A stretch of DNA of 64,000 bases, taken from Nibricoccus sp. GTDB taxonomy: Bacteria; Verrucomicrobiota; Verrucomicrobiia; Opitutales; Opitutaceae. The stretch covers positions 2,880,001-2,944,000 of the forward strand of contig JASGHG010000001.1 of NCBI GenBank assembly GCA_047602425.1, written 5' to 3'. Shown piece after piece: positions 1 to 9,524 of this stretch. Positions within the stretch are counted from its first letter, which is position 1, and the number at the start of each line of letters is the position of its first letter. The notes beneath the pieces were generated by a model. That model searched no databases, had not been told where the DNA came from, and saw only the letters and a list, made by a program, of their open reading frames with translations. Both the position numbers and the translations under genes were made by a program.

Positions 1-509
1 ACCCCCAGCCAACTGATCACCGGCAATATAGCCAGCGCTCCCAGCGCAGAACCGGTAAGGTCCCAAAAATAGATTCTCTGGGTTGGGAAGTCCGGATTGG
101 ATAGCAATATTCCCAGAATTAGGCCAGAGAATATAAAAGGCAGCGCAAACAGCAGAGCCAGTGGGAGAGTTTTGAGCAAACTGACGACGAACTCATTCAG
201 GTTTGAAAAGAAAGGGTTGCCCACTGGGGCGTGGTAGAAAAGTAGGGAGCAACTGATTACCGACAGAACTAATAGGGAAGCCCACACTGACACCATGTCG
301 TCTAAGGACCCCAACCAGTAAGTAAGTTTTTTCGACAAAAGCACCCCCGAGAACGCGAAGCCTAGCATAGTGAGCGATATCACGAGGAAGGCGTAGTTAT
401 TGAGAAGTTTTGCCGAGATAATGCGATACAGGAGTATTTGGATAGTGAGGGTCGCGAATCCTGTTATGAAAGCTGTGGTCGACGCCTTAAAAGTGGCCGG
501 TGTTTGCAT
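1..509 (-). CDS. Polytopic membrane protein, N-terminal part (runs off the window). Resembles the membrane domain of spermidine-synthase-like / SAM methyltransferase fusion proteins
   Basis: Not in the ORF track. Manual minus-strand translation from ATG 509 is open to position 1: MQTPATFKASTTAFITGFATLTIQILLYRIISAKLLNNYAFLVISLTMLGFAFSG...LPFIFSGLILG...RIYFWDLTGSALGALAILP. Several hydrophobic helices; YxxDLxGSAxG motif; AT-richer than the rest of the window. Confidence 0.65.
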   Translation of the reverse strand, partial: MQTPATFKASTTAFITGFATLTIQILLYRIISAKLLNNYAFLVISLTMLGFAFSGVLLSKKLTYWLGSLDDMVSVWASLLVLSVISCSLLFYHAPVGNPFFSNLNEFVVSLLKTLPLALLFALPFIFSGLILGILLSNPDFPTQRIYFWDLTGSALGALAILPVISWLG

Positions 510-693
510 GTGAATTTATAATGTCCCTCTTGGGGGCAAAATTCTATAGCTGACGATGTCTATTGCCTCAAGATATATTTCTTCGGAACATTCTGTCTTT
601 GGATACCTTCCACGGTTTATGGTTTTGTTGATAGCTCTAGTTAATGCGCTGATTCACTTGACGGTTCGATTCCTGTTGTGCCTTTTTGCCTCA

Positions 694-1401
694 ATGCCTG
701 ATGAATCCTCGACCAAATTCCCGTATAGGAAATCTCTGTTGATCAAGCTCGCAATTGTGGGGAGCGTGGTGCTGCTGACGTTGGTTGTGGTGCTGCAATT
801 CTGGTCGGTAAAGGAGTTAATTGGGTTGACCAAAGGTGGGATTGAACGGGTGAAGACATGGGCGCAGACGGTGGGACCGGGGCCGTATTTTACGGCGATG
901 GCGGTGCTGCCGGCGGCGGGATTTCCGATCAGCGTATTTACGTTGATGGCGGGCGGATTGTTCGGTCCGCAAATCGGGCTCGGGTGGACGATCGTGTGGG
1001 CGTTGCTGGCGCTGGCTGTGAACATGGCGCTGACGTATTGGCTGGCTCGATACGCTTTGCGTCCCTTACTGGAAAAATTGATGCGGAAGATGGGGTATGA
1101 TTTGCCGCAGGTCTCAAAGGAAAATCATGCGAGCCTGACCTTGTTCATCCGTATCACGCCGGGCCCGCCTTATTTCGTGCAAGGTTACCTGCTCGGCCTC
1201 GCGGAGGTTCCTTTTGTCACTTACATGTGGTTGTCGTGGGTGTGCCAGGGTGGTTATGCGGTCGCCATGGTGGTGTTTGGGGACTCCTTGATGAAGGGCA
1301 ACGGCAAGATCGTTTTTTTGGCGGTGGGGATTTTAGTCGGATTGACAATCGCGGTCAAAATGATGCGTCGTCGGATGGCGCAGAAAAAGGGTGATGCGTG
1401 A
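694..1401 (+). CDS. TVP38/TMEM64 (VTT / DedA superfamily) membrane protein
   Basis: PAAGFPISVFTLMAGGLFG, RITPGPPY, YLLGL motifs; multiple TM helices. Start moved from 556 to ATG 694. Confidence 0.85.
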   Translation: MPDESSTKFPYRKSLLIKLAIVGSVVLLTLVVVLQFWSVKELIGLTKGGIERVKTWAQTVGPGPYFTAMAVLPAAGFPISVFTLMAGGLFGPQIGLGWTIVWALLALAVNMALTYWLARYALRPLLEKLMRKMGYDLPQVSKENHASLTLFIRITPGPPYFVQGYLLGLAEVPFVTYMWLSWVCQGGYAVAMVVFGDSLMKGNGKIVFLAVGILVGLTIAVKMMRRRMAQKKGDA

Positions 1402-2699
1402 AAATGGACGTCCAGCAAGACGGTGGTCTAGAGCAGGAACGAGCGCTGAGCGTGAGTGAATTCACCCGGTGCGTGAAGGAAGTGCTGGAGGGTGCGTTGC
1501 CGCCATGCTGGGTGCGGGGCGAGGTTTCCAACTTGCGGCAGCAGGCGAGTGGACATGTCTATTTTTCTATCAAGGATTCCGGGGCGCAGTTGTCGGCGGT
1601 GATGTTTCGCGGCGATGCGATGCGCCAGGGCATTATTCTGCGCGATGACCTGCAGGTTTTGGTTTATGGCAATGTGAGCGTTTACGAGGCGCGTGGTCAG
1701 TATCAGTTGGTGGTGCGTGCAGTGGTGGAGGATGGACACGGGCGTTTGCAGAGGGAGTTCGAGGCTCTAAAACGGCGGCTGGCCGACGAGGGTTTGTTTG
1801 CTTCGGAGCGGAAGGTGCCAGTGCCGACAATGCCGGCGGTCGTGGGATTTATCACGTCGCCCACGGGCGCGGCGGTGCAGGATTTTATTCGTATTCTGGC
1901 GCGGCGGGGCTGGCGGGGGCGATTGGTTGTGTTGCCTGCGAAGGTTCAAGGCGCGGGTGCGGCGGAGGAAATGATCGCACAACTACGGCTGGCGGAGGCA
2001 CTGGGGATTTTCGATCTGTTGGTGATCGGGCGCGGCGGCGGGAGCCTGGAGGATTTATGGGCGTTTAACGAAGAGCCTCTTGTGCGTGCTATTGCGGATT
2101 GCACGATACCGATTGTTTCGGCAGTGGGACACGAAATAGATTTTTCCTTATGCGACTTTGCGGCGGATGTGCGGGCGGAAACGCCGAGCGCGGCGGCAGA
2201 GTTGATTTCGAGCAGTTTCGTGGCATGTGCGGAACGATTGGCACGGCTGGCATGTTCGGTTGAGGATGCGATGGATCGCACGTTGAGCGAGGCGCGGGCG
2301 CGGGTGGAGCATGGAGCGAGCCGGCTTAGACTCCTGTCGCCAGCATCGGTGGTGGAGCACGGGCATTTGCGGGTGGACGATTTAACGAACCGAATGATAT
2401 CGGCAGTCGAGAGGGTTGTGCAATTGCGGCGTCACGGGTTGGGGCAAGCGGCGATGCGCTTTGCACGGTGCGGTCCGCAGGCGCGCGTCGAAGGCGAATC
2501 GCAGCGGCTATTGGCATTGTGGAAACGGCTGGAGTCCGCGAGTCCGGCATCGGTTTTAAAGCGCGGTTTTGTGATCATGCGCGATGAGGCGGGACGCCCA
2601 CTGGCGCGACGTTCCGAAGTCAAGCCAGGGCAACGGTTGCAGGCGCAATTTGGCGACGGAGTGGCGCCTTTGCGCGCCGAGGGCGTTAATGGAGAATGA
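1398..2699 (+). CDS. xseA: Exodeoxyribonuclease VII large subunit
   Basis: WVRGEVSN, SGHVYFSIKD, ITSPTGAA, RGGGSLEDLWAFNEE, SAVGHEID, RAETPSAAAE. Confidence 0.97.
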   Translation: MKMDVQQDGGLEQERALSVSEFTRCVKEVLEGALPPCWVRGEVSNLRQQASGHVYFSIKDSGAQLSAVMFRGDAMRQGIILRDDLQVLVYGNVSVYEARGQYQLVVRAVVEDGHGRLQREFEALKRRLADEGLFASERKVPVPTMPAVVGFITSPTGAAVQDFIRILARRGWRGRLVVLPAKVQGAGAAEEMIAQLRLAEALGIFDLLVIGRGGGSLEDLWAFNEEPLVRAIADCTIPIVSAVGHEIDFSLCDFAADVRAETPSAAAELISSSFVACAERLARLACSVEDAMDRTLSEARARVEHGASRLRLLSPASVVEHGHLRVDDLTNRMISAVERVVQLRRHGLGQAAMRFARCGPQARVEGESQRLLALWKRLESASPASVLKRGFVIMRDEAGRPLARRSEVKPGQRLQAQFGDGVAPLRAEGVNGE

Positions 2700-2780
2700 A
2701 GAACAGATAGCGTAGAATGTTGGAGGAAATTGGCGGTCGGCTGGAATAAATCGGCGAATGGAATACTCTCATAGAGAGCC

Positions 2781-3428
2781 ATGAACGCCGCGAAAATTCT
2801 CCCAACCACGATTTTATTGACCCTGCCTTTGCTTGCGATGGGGCTCCGTGCGGAAAACGATATGAAACCGAAAAACCAAATCAATTCTTCCTCGTCCGAA
2901 ACCTGCAAAATCGACAACGGCAAGTCCGCTTGCGGCCTGCCTTCGCAGGCGGTGATCGACATGACGCAAACCAAGGTGAAACGAACCGATGCCGAATGGC
3001 GAAAGCTGCTCACGCCGGAACAATATCGCGTGGCGCGTCAGCAGGGGACAGAACCGCCGTTTAGGAATGCATATTGGAATTCCCACGAGGATGGCGTGTT
3101 TTTTTCGGTGTGCAGTGAAACGCCGCTTTTTGACAGCCGCGACAAGTTCGATTCGGGCACGGGCTGGCCGAGCTTCACGAAACCGATTGAACCGGTTTTT
3201 GTCGGCGAATCGCGGGATAGTAGCCATGGCATGGTTCGGGTCGAGGTCCATTGCGCGGTGGACGGCGCGCATCTGGGACATGTTTTCCGTGATGGGCCTG
3301 AACCGACGGGTTTGCGCTACTGCATCAACTCCGCGTCGCTGCGCTTCATGCCGCGCAAGGAGTATGAGGCCTGGGTCGCAAAGAATTCTGAACGGGTCGC
3401 AAGCGCCACGCCGGAGCGAGCGCCGTAA
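2781..3428 (+). CDS. msrB: Peptide methionine-(R)-sulfoxide reductase with signal peptide
   Basis: [38 protein letters not shown]; hydrophobic N-terminus ending GLRA. Confidence 0.95.
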   Translation: MNAAKILPTTILLTLPLLAMGLRAENDMKPKNQINSSSSETCKIDNGKSACGLPSQAVIDMTQTKVKRTDAEWRKLLTPEQYRVARQQGTEPPFRNAYWNSHEDGVFFSVCSETPLFDSRDKFDSGTGWPSFTKPIEPVFVGESRDSSHGMVRVEVHCAVDGAHLGHVFRDGPEPTGLRYCINSASLRFMPRKEYEAWVAKNSERVASATPERAP

Positions 3429-3431
3429 GCC

Positions 3432-4073
3432 CTATTCTTTGGACTTGGTAAGCCCGATCATTTTCACGAGCGAAAGGGTGTTGCCGATAATGCGTCCTCG
3501 CACGTCGGCGGACGTCGTGACGAATTCCTTGCGACCAACGAGCTTGCAGACCTCGCCATGAAAATAGCCATGAATGAGCTGGCCGGCCCAAATGAGCGCG
3601 TCCTCGCTAAGTGCATTTTTGGTGGTAGAGGTGATTTCGGCGGCGATCAATCGGGTCCAAAATACGCGCATTTCCTCAAGTCGCTTCATGATCTGGGGTG
3701 AAGGCTTGCCAGAAAGGGGTTCCAGCCAGAAGAGGCGATAGTGCGCGGGGTGGGCGAGCGAATAGTCGAGCTGGGTTTCGATGAAGTGGCGTAAAGGCGC
3801 GCTTTTGGCCGCGGGATTTTGCAGGCTGGCGAAAGTGTGATCCATGAGACGTTGCAAAGCGACGTCCAGGGCGGCCCAAAAAAGTTTTTCCAGCGAATCA
3901 AAATAGTTGTAGACGTTGGTGTGGGCGCAACGGGCCTGCGCGGCGATTTGGCGCAAATTCACGCCGCGGCATCCGTTGTTCTTCTCAATGAGGCGCAGGG
4001 TGATGTCGACCAGGCGTTTTTGGAGGGAGGCGGGCGCTGACTTGCGACGGGGGCGTTTCTTCTTGATTGGCAT
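3432..4073 (-). CDS. TetR/AcrR family transcriptional regulator
   Basis: N-terminal HTH VNLRQIAAQARCAHTNVYNYFDSLEKL. Confidence 0.9.
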   Translation of the reverse strand: MPIKKKRPRRKSAPASLQKRLVDITLRLIEKNNGCRGVNLRQIAAQARCAHTNVYNYFDSLEKLFWAALDVALQRLMDHTFASLQNPAAKSAPLRHFIETQLDYSLAHPAHYRLFWLEPLSGKPSPQIMKRLEEMRVFWTRLIAAEITSTTKNALSEDALIWAGQLIHGYFHGEVCKLVGRKEFVTTSADVRGRIIGNTLSLVKMIGLTKSKE

Positions 4074-4239
4074 CTAGGCGACGGTCGTTGCGAGGTGACC
4101 GAAGTGTCAAACGGAGCGACGTCGGATTTTTTAAGCGAAATTTCGTGGGGAATTTCCTTGGCCCCCCATTTGGAGTTTATTGTGCAGCCCACAAAAAAAT
4201 ATGCTGGGCGCATGGGAAGATTCGCGAAAAAATCCGCTG

Positions 4240-4950
4240 ATGTGTTGCCGCTATCTTCTCCACAAAGAGCATCTGAAAAAGGTGCTGGCGCAAATGGGCA
4301 TTCGAGTGCCGGAGATGGCGACACGTTATAATATCGCGCCGGGAACGAAAATTCCTGCGGTCCGAAAAACCTCCCGTGCGGAAACCGGGTGCGAGTTTGC
4401 AACATTGCGCTGGGGATTGGTGCCAGCGTGGTCGAAGGATGGTCCGCAGCAGGCGGGACTGGTCAATGCGAGGGTAGAGAGTCTGGAAATCAAAGCTTCT
4501 TTTCGCGAAGCATTTCGGGCGCGGCGTTGCTTGATTCCGGCGAGCGGGTTTTACGAGTGGAAAATTGCGGGGCGGGCGCGCTTGCCTTGGTTGTTTCAGC
4601 TGATCGATGACGAACCATTTTTCCTGGCAGGTTTATGGGAGTCTTGGGTGAGTCCGGACGGAACGCCGTGGGAAACCTGTGCCGTGATCACGACCGAGCC
4701 GAATCTTCTGATGCAGCCAATTCATCATCGCATGCCGGCCATCCTGGCGCTTGGAAGCGCCGAGGCATGGCTCGATCCTGCGGCGCGGACCGAGGAGTTG
4801 CGCGATTTGCTAAGGACCTTTCCGACTGAGCTGTTGAAAACGCGGCCGGTTTCGTTGCGGGTGAATTCCGCGGCAAACGACGATCCGGAATGTCTCCAAT
4901 CCGTGGATACGAACATGCCGGATGGAGGGCAGGGTATGCTGGCCTTGTGA
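4240..4950 (+). CDS. SOS response-associated peptidase (SRAP / YedK-HMCES family)
   Basis: Start MCCRY (Cys2), RYNIAP, RWGLVP, NARVE, RCLIPASGFYEW, IHHRMP. Confidence 0.93.
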   Translation: MCCRYLLHKEHLKKVLAQMGIRVPEMATRYNIAPGTKIPAVRKTSRAETGCEFATLRWGLVPAWSKDGPQQAGLVNARVESLEIKASFREAFRARRCLIPASGFYEWKIAGRARLPWLFQLIDDEPFFLAGLWESWVSPDGTPWETCAVITTEPNLLMQPIHHRMPAILALGSAEAWLDPAARTEELRDLLRTFPTELLKTRPVSLRVNSAANDDPECLQSVDTNMPDGGQGMLAL

Positions 4951-4967
4951 ACCGCCGCCGAGGCCAT

Positions 4968-5417
4968 TCAGCGCGAAATATCGCGTTGGGTAAGGACCTT
5001 GAAGCCGTGGTGGCCGAGCGATTGCGCAGCGACGTCGGCATCCTCGATGTTGAAGGCGAGAGCGGCTTTGCCTTCCGGACGTTTGATGAAGCTGTAGACG
5101 TAGTGGATGTTGATCTCGGCCTCGAAAAGCGCTGCGAGCACATCCTTGAACTGCGATTCACCCTCGATCTCGACCGCGAGAATCTCGCATTCGGTGTACG
5201 GGTAGTCGTTGTTGACGAAAAGCTCACGGGCTTTGTCGGGATCGTCGACGATGAGCCGAATGATCGTGCTGTCCGTCGTGTCGAGGATCGTGCAGGCCAT
5301 CACATGGACGTTATTGTTCTTCAATAGTGACGTCAGATCGTACAGGCGACCCACGCGATTCTCCGTGAAAACCGAGAACTGTTTGACCGGATCAATCGCG
5401 TTTGAAGTGCGGGCCAT
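4968..5417 (-). CDS. Tandem ACT-domain protein
   Basis: KQFSVFTENRVGRL...IRLIVDDPDKA...INIHYVYSF; start taken at MARTSN. Confidence 0.85.
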   Translation of the reverse strand: MARTSNAIDPVKQFSVFTENRVGRLYDLTSLLKNNNVHVMACTILDTTDSTIIRLIVDDPDKARELFVNNDYPYTECEILAVEIEGESQFKDVLAALFEAEINIHYVYSFIKRPEGKAALAFNIEDADVAAQSLGHHGFKVLTQRDISR

Positions 5418-5565
5418 GGGGAGAGACGAAGTTGTTGGCAGCGTGGAGGCAGCTGGTGCCCGGGTCAACTGCACGTATCGAATCTATTGCCCCGCAGCCT
5501 GCACGCATCTCCGAGGTTGCAATACGCGCGTATCGGGGAAACTGTTGGGCTTTCCACTATTTATC

Positions 5566-7158
5566 ATGCTGCGGAAGTTGTTCGCCAAAATACGCAAAAC
5601 CATCGGCGGTTCGTCCTCGTCCAAATCCGAGAAACCAAAACCTGCTCAATCTCACGGTTCTCACCGCGGCGCCGCCTCGCACGCCAAAAAGCCAGCTAAA
5701 GGTGGGCATCCCACGCAGGCACGTCACGAACAGTCGGAACAGGCTTCACGCGGCCCGCGACATAACAGCCCGAAGCAAAATGGTCCGAAACATGGTGGGC
5801 ACGGGGGCAAACCGCGCCACGAATCACATGGACCCTCGCGCGGGCACCATGGGTCTGCGTCCCGCGCTCCGCGTCCTCAGCGCGAAGAGCGCTATGAACC
5901 GCCGCACAGTGTCCACGTGCCGCCGCCGCCCGTCGACGTGCCGAAGATGGACAATGCTTTTTCCAAGCTCGGCCTCAACGACTCGCTCGCGTTTGCCGTC
6001 CAGGAAATGGGTTTTGTCGAACCAACACCCATCCAGCAACAAGCCATCCCGGTCGTGCTGGCCGGTGGCGATGTGATCGGGTCGGCCCAGACCGGCACGG
6101 GCAAAACCGCGGCCTTTGCGCTGCCGATTCTTCAACGCCTCGGCGGCCACGGAAAACTGCGCTGCCTGATTCTCGAACCTACACGCGAACTCGCGCTCCA
6201 AGTCGAGGAAGCATTTAAGAAGTTCAGCAAATTCACCGACCTGCGCGTGACCGTTGTGTATGGCGGTGTTGGATACGGCAAACAACGCGATGACCTGCGG
6301 CACGGCATGGATGTGCTAGCCGCGACTCCCGGCCGCCTGCTCGACCACATGGAACAGGGCGATGTTCGCCTCGACACGATCGACATTCTCGTGCTCGACG
6401 AAGTCGATCGCATGCTCGACATGGGTTTTCTACCGGACGTGAAGCGCATCGTGAACAAATGCCCGAAAGAGCGGCAGACGTTGTTCTTCACTGCCACGCT
6501 TCCGCCTGAAATCGCGTCGCTCGCAGGCTGGGCCTTGCGCAATCCAGTCGAGATCAAGATTGGCGCCCGCCGTTCACCCGCTGAGACGATCGCCCACGCT
6601 TTCTATCCCGTGGTCGAATCGCAAAAATTCGAGCTGCTGCAAGCCTTGTTGGAGCGCACGGACTACAAGAGCGTGATTATTTTCTCGCGCACGAAGTTTG
6701 GCGCCGACCGCATTGCCCGCCGGCTGCAAAAAGATCACTCCGTCGGTGTAATTCACTCAGATCGCAGCCAACGCGAACGCGTTGAAGCGCTCGAAGGTTT
6801 CAAGAGCGGGAAGTTCGAAGTGCTTGTCGCGACCGATATCGCGGCCCGGGGTCTCGATATCGCCGGCGTGTCGCATGTGATTAATTACGATGTGCCGGAG
6901 AATCCCGAGGACTATGTTCACCGCATCGGCCGTACGGGCCGCGCGCAAAACACAGGCGACGCTTTCACTCTGGTGACCGAGGAAAATGTTCGCGATGCCC
7001 GCTCGATTGAACGTTTCATCGGCACGGCCATCGAACGAAAGAAAATCGAGAATTTCCCGTACATCTATTCCGCGCTCTTCGACGACAAAGCGCTGGCTGA
7101 GTCGGCCGCCGCTGCCGCGAAGCCCACCAGCCGTCTGCATCGCGGCGCGCGACGCTGA
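5566..7158 (+). CDS. DEAD/DEAH-box RNA helicase (RhlE-like) with His/Gly/Arg-rich disordered N-terminus
   Basis: Q motif PTPIQ, AQTGTGKT, PTRELA, TPGRLLD, DEVD, TAT, ATDIAARGLD, YVHRIGRTGR; start at MLRKLF. Confidence 0.95.
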   Translation: MLRKLFAKIRKTIGGSSSSKSEKPKPAQSHGSHRGAASHAKKPAKGGHPTQARHEQSEQASRGPRHNSPKQNGPKHGGHGGKPRHESHGPSRGHHGSASRAPRPQREERYEPPHSVHVPPPPVDVPKMDNAFSKLGLNDSLAFAVQEMGFVEPTPIQQQAIPVVLAGGDVIGSAQTGTGKTAAFALPILQRLGGHGKLRCLILEPTRELALQVEEAFKKFSKFTDLRVTVVYGGVGYGKQRDDLRHGMDVLAATPGRLLDHMEQGDVRLDTIDILVLDEVDRMLDMGFLPDVKRIVNKCPKERQTLFFTATLPPEIASLAGWALRNPVEIKIGARRSPAETIAHAFYPVVESQKFELLQALLERTDYKSVIIFSRTKFGADRIARRLQKDHSVGVIHSDRSQRERVEALEGFKSGKFEVLVATDIAARGLDIAGVSHVINYDVPENPEDYVHRIGRTGRAQNTGDAFTLVTEENVRDARSIERFIGTAIERKKIENFPYIYSALFDDKALAESAAAAAKPTSRLHRGARR

Positions 7159-7161
7159 GTC

Positions 7162-7602
7162 GTGGGCGGTAAATCCGATAGAACGCGTAACACGTCGGTG
7201 TCGACCGGCCGCGGTGGCTTCGGCTTGGCGCCTCTCTTTTTTCTGATCGCGTTACTGATTGCGCCGACGCTCGCGGTAGTACGAAGGGATATTTTGGATC
7301 ATCCATTCTGGTTGTTGATAATTGCGGTTGTGAGTTTCACCTCCTTTGCTTGTCTATGGCTCGACAAGCGCCGAGCTGAGCAGGAGCGGTGGCGGGTACC
7401 GGAAAACTTCCTGCACCTGCTGGAGCTGGCCGGTGGCTGGCCAGGCTCGTTTGTGGCGCAACGATTATTTCGGCACAAGATCTCGAAGCTCAGTTACCAA
7501 ATTGTCTTTTGGTTGATCGTTGTCGCCTACGAGCTTCTTTCGGTCGATTTTCTGCTTGGATGGAAAATCGCGCAGCAGCTGAGGCAATTGGCGGGGCTGT
7601 GA
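7162..7602 (+). CDS. DUF1294 family membrane protein
   Basis: DKRRAEQERWRVPENFLHLLELAGGWPG...AQRLFRHK. Confidence 0.9.
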   Translation: MGGKSDRTRNTSVSTGRGGFGLAPLFFLIALLIAPTLAVVRRDILDHPFWLLIIAVVSFTSFACLWLDKRRAEQERWRVPENFLHLLELAGGWPGSFVAQRLFRHKISKLSYQIVFWLIVVAYELLSVDFLLGWKIAQQLRQLAGL

Positions 7603-7744
7603 CGCTGTCGCTTTTGATACGCTGACGAAGGTTTGTCCTGTCGCCCGGCATGCTGCCGCATGCTCCGAGAAGCGAATCCCCTTGAGAAATTGGTTCTTTT
7701 GCTCGACGTAACTCGGTGGTTAGTGCAGCCTTGCTCCAAGTACC

Positions 7745-8452
7745 ATGTGGCGCACGATGAGGTATGTCTTTTGGATCGTGTCGGCGAGCCTGAGTGTCGA
7801 GGCCGCAGAGAAACCGCGACCAACGGAAAAATTTCGCGGTGGCACGGTGGAATGGGCGCGGCTCAAGCACAGCGGCGGTTATTGGAACCGGCATGCGGAG
7901 AGCGACGATGCGATGATAAGTTATATGCGCGCGGCCACGACGCTCAACATTGGTTCGGAGTGGTGTTCGGCGGCGGCGAGCGACCTCGGGGAGATGACGA
8001 GGTATCCGTTTCTTTTTGCCGATACTCTGCAGCATCTTTCTGCTTCGGAAAAGCAGAACCTGGTCGAGTATCTAAAACGTGGAGGATTCATTTTTATCGA
8101 CGCGTGTTGTAACAACAGCATCAACCCCTCCGGGCGTGAATTTCTGTTCAATCACTTGAAGATCCTGCAGGGCATGTTGCCTGGTTTGGAGGTGGAGGTG
8201 CTGGACCCGAGCCATGAGGTCTTCTCGATCTATTTTAAAATGCAGGCATATCCGCCGCAAAGCCGCCCGGGCGGCACGACTTGGTCGAATGGCCCGACGT
8301 TTCCGCTCCGCTCTTTAAAATTCAACGGCCGGGTGGTGGGCATGCTTTCGATCAGCGGATTGCAATGTGGGTGGGCAAGGATGGGGCGTCAGGACGCGAC
8401 CCCATTTGTGCAGATGATGGCCAACATTTACCTCTACGCGATCACACATTGA
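7745..8452 (+). CDS. DUF4159-like exported protein, first gene of MoxR operon
   Basis: WARLK, YPFLF, EKQNLVEYLKRGGFIFIDAC, H-x-VFSIYF, NIYLYAITH; context. Confidence 0.8.
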   Translation: MWRTMRYVFWIVSASLSVEAAEKPRPTEKFRGGTVEWARLKHSGGYWNRHAESDDAMISYMRAATTLNIGSEWCSAAASDLGEMTRYPFLFADTLQHLSASEKQNLVEYLKRGGFIFIDACCNNSINPSGREFLFNHLKILQGMLPGLEVEVLDPSHEVFSIYFKMQAYPPQSRPGGTTWSNGPTFPLRSLKFNGRVVGMLSISGLQCGWARMGRQDATPFVQMMANIYLYAITH

Positions 8453-8502
8453 CGAAACATCGGTCTTTGTTTCCGGTCATCTAACAATCAACAATCGGTA
8501 AA

Positions 8503-9507
8503 ATGTCATCTACCCTGCCTCCGGTTTCCCCCGAAGTTGAAATCGACCTGCTGCGAAACGCGCGCGGTGTCTACCAAACGATCTCCCGCGAACTCGGGAA
8601 GCGGATTATTGGCCAGCGTGAACTGGTTCGCGATTTGTTGGTGGCCCTGCTTGCGCAGGGAAACTGTCTCATGATTGGCGTGCCGGGACTGGCGAAGACT
8701 TTGCTTGTCCGAACCCTGGCCGAATGCCTCGACCTGGATTTTCGACGGATTCAGTTCACGCCGGATTTGATGCCAGGCGATATCGTTGGCTCTGAGATCC
8801 TGGAACAGACGGAGACTGGCGGACGTCATTTTCGTTTTGTTCCAGGACCATTGTTCGGGCAATTGGTGCTGGCGGACGAAATCAATCGTACACCGCCAAA
8901 AACGCAGGCTGCCCTGCTCGAAGCGATGCAGGAACGCCGTGTGACAGTGGGTGGGGTTACGCATTCCTTGCGCGCTCCGTTTTTCGTGCTCGCGACGCAG
9001 AATCCAATCGAACAGGAAGGCACTTACCCATTGCCCGAGGCGCAACTGGATCGGTTTATGTTCTGTTTGCATGTCGGATACCCGTCGAAAGAGGACGAGG
9101 TGCAGGTGCTTTTGCGAACGACCGGCACGACGGAAGAAAAGCCAGGCGTGGTGCTGACGGGGCAGCAAATTGTCGCGCTGCAGAATGCGATCCGCGCGGT
9201 ACCGGTGCCGAAATCGGTCGCGGAATACGCCGTTACCCTGGTGCGCATGACGCGGCCCGGAAATGGCGACACCCATGAGACCATTGCCCGTTACGTGCGC
9301 TGGGGGGCGGGGCCTCGTGCGTCGCAATACCTGGCACTCGCCGGCAAAGCCTTCGCGGTGCTGGATGGGCGTTTCAACGTATCTTGTGAGGACATTGACG
9401 CCGCAGCGCCGCTCGTGCTCCGACATCGCATGATTCTAAATTATCGCGCGGAAGCCGACGGAATGTCCGCGGACGCCATCGTGGCTGCGATTGTCGCCAA
9501 AAAGTAA
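8503..9507 (+). CDS. moxR: MoxR family AAA+ ATPase
   Basis: GVPGLAKT, RIQFTPDLMP, LADEINR, ALLEAMQE, ATQNPIEQEGTYPLPEAQLDRF. Confidence 0.96.
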   Translation: MSSTLPPVSPEVEIDLLRNARGVYQTISRELGKRIIGQRELVRDLLVALLAQGNCLMIGVPGLAKTLLVRTLAECLDLDFRRIQFTPDLMPGDIVGSEILEQTETGGRHFRFVPGPLFGQLVLADEINRTPPKTQAALLEAMQERRVTVGGVTHSLRAPFFVLATQNPIEQEGTYPLPEAQLDRFMFCLHVGYPSKEDEVQVLLRTTGTTEEKPGVVLTGQQIVALQNAIRAVPVPKSVAEYAVTLVRMTRPGNGDTHETIARYVRWGAGPRASQYLALAGKAFAVLDGRFNVSCEDIDAAAPLVLRHRMILNYRAEADGMSADAIVAAIVAKK

Positions 9508-9524
9508 CCGCCAGCTCCCGCCGC

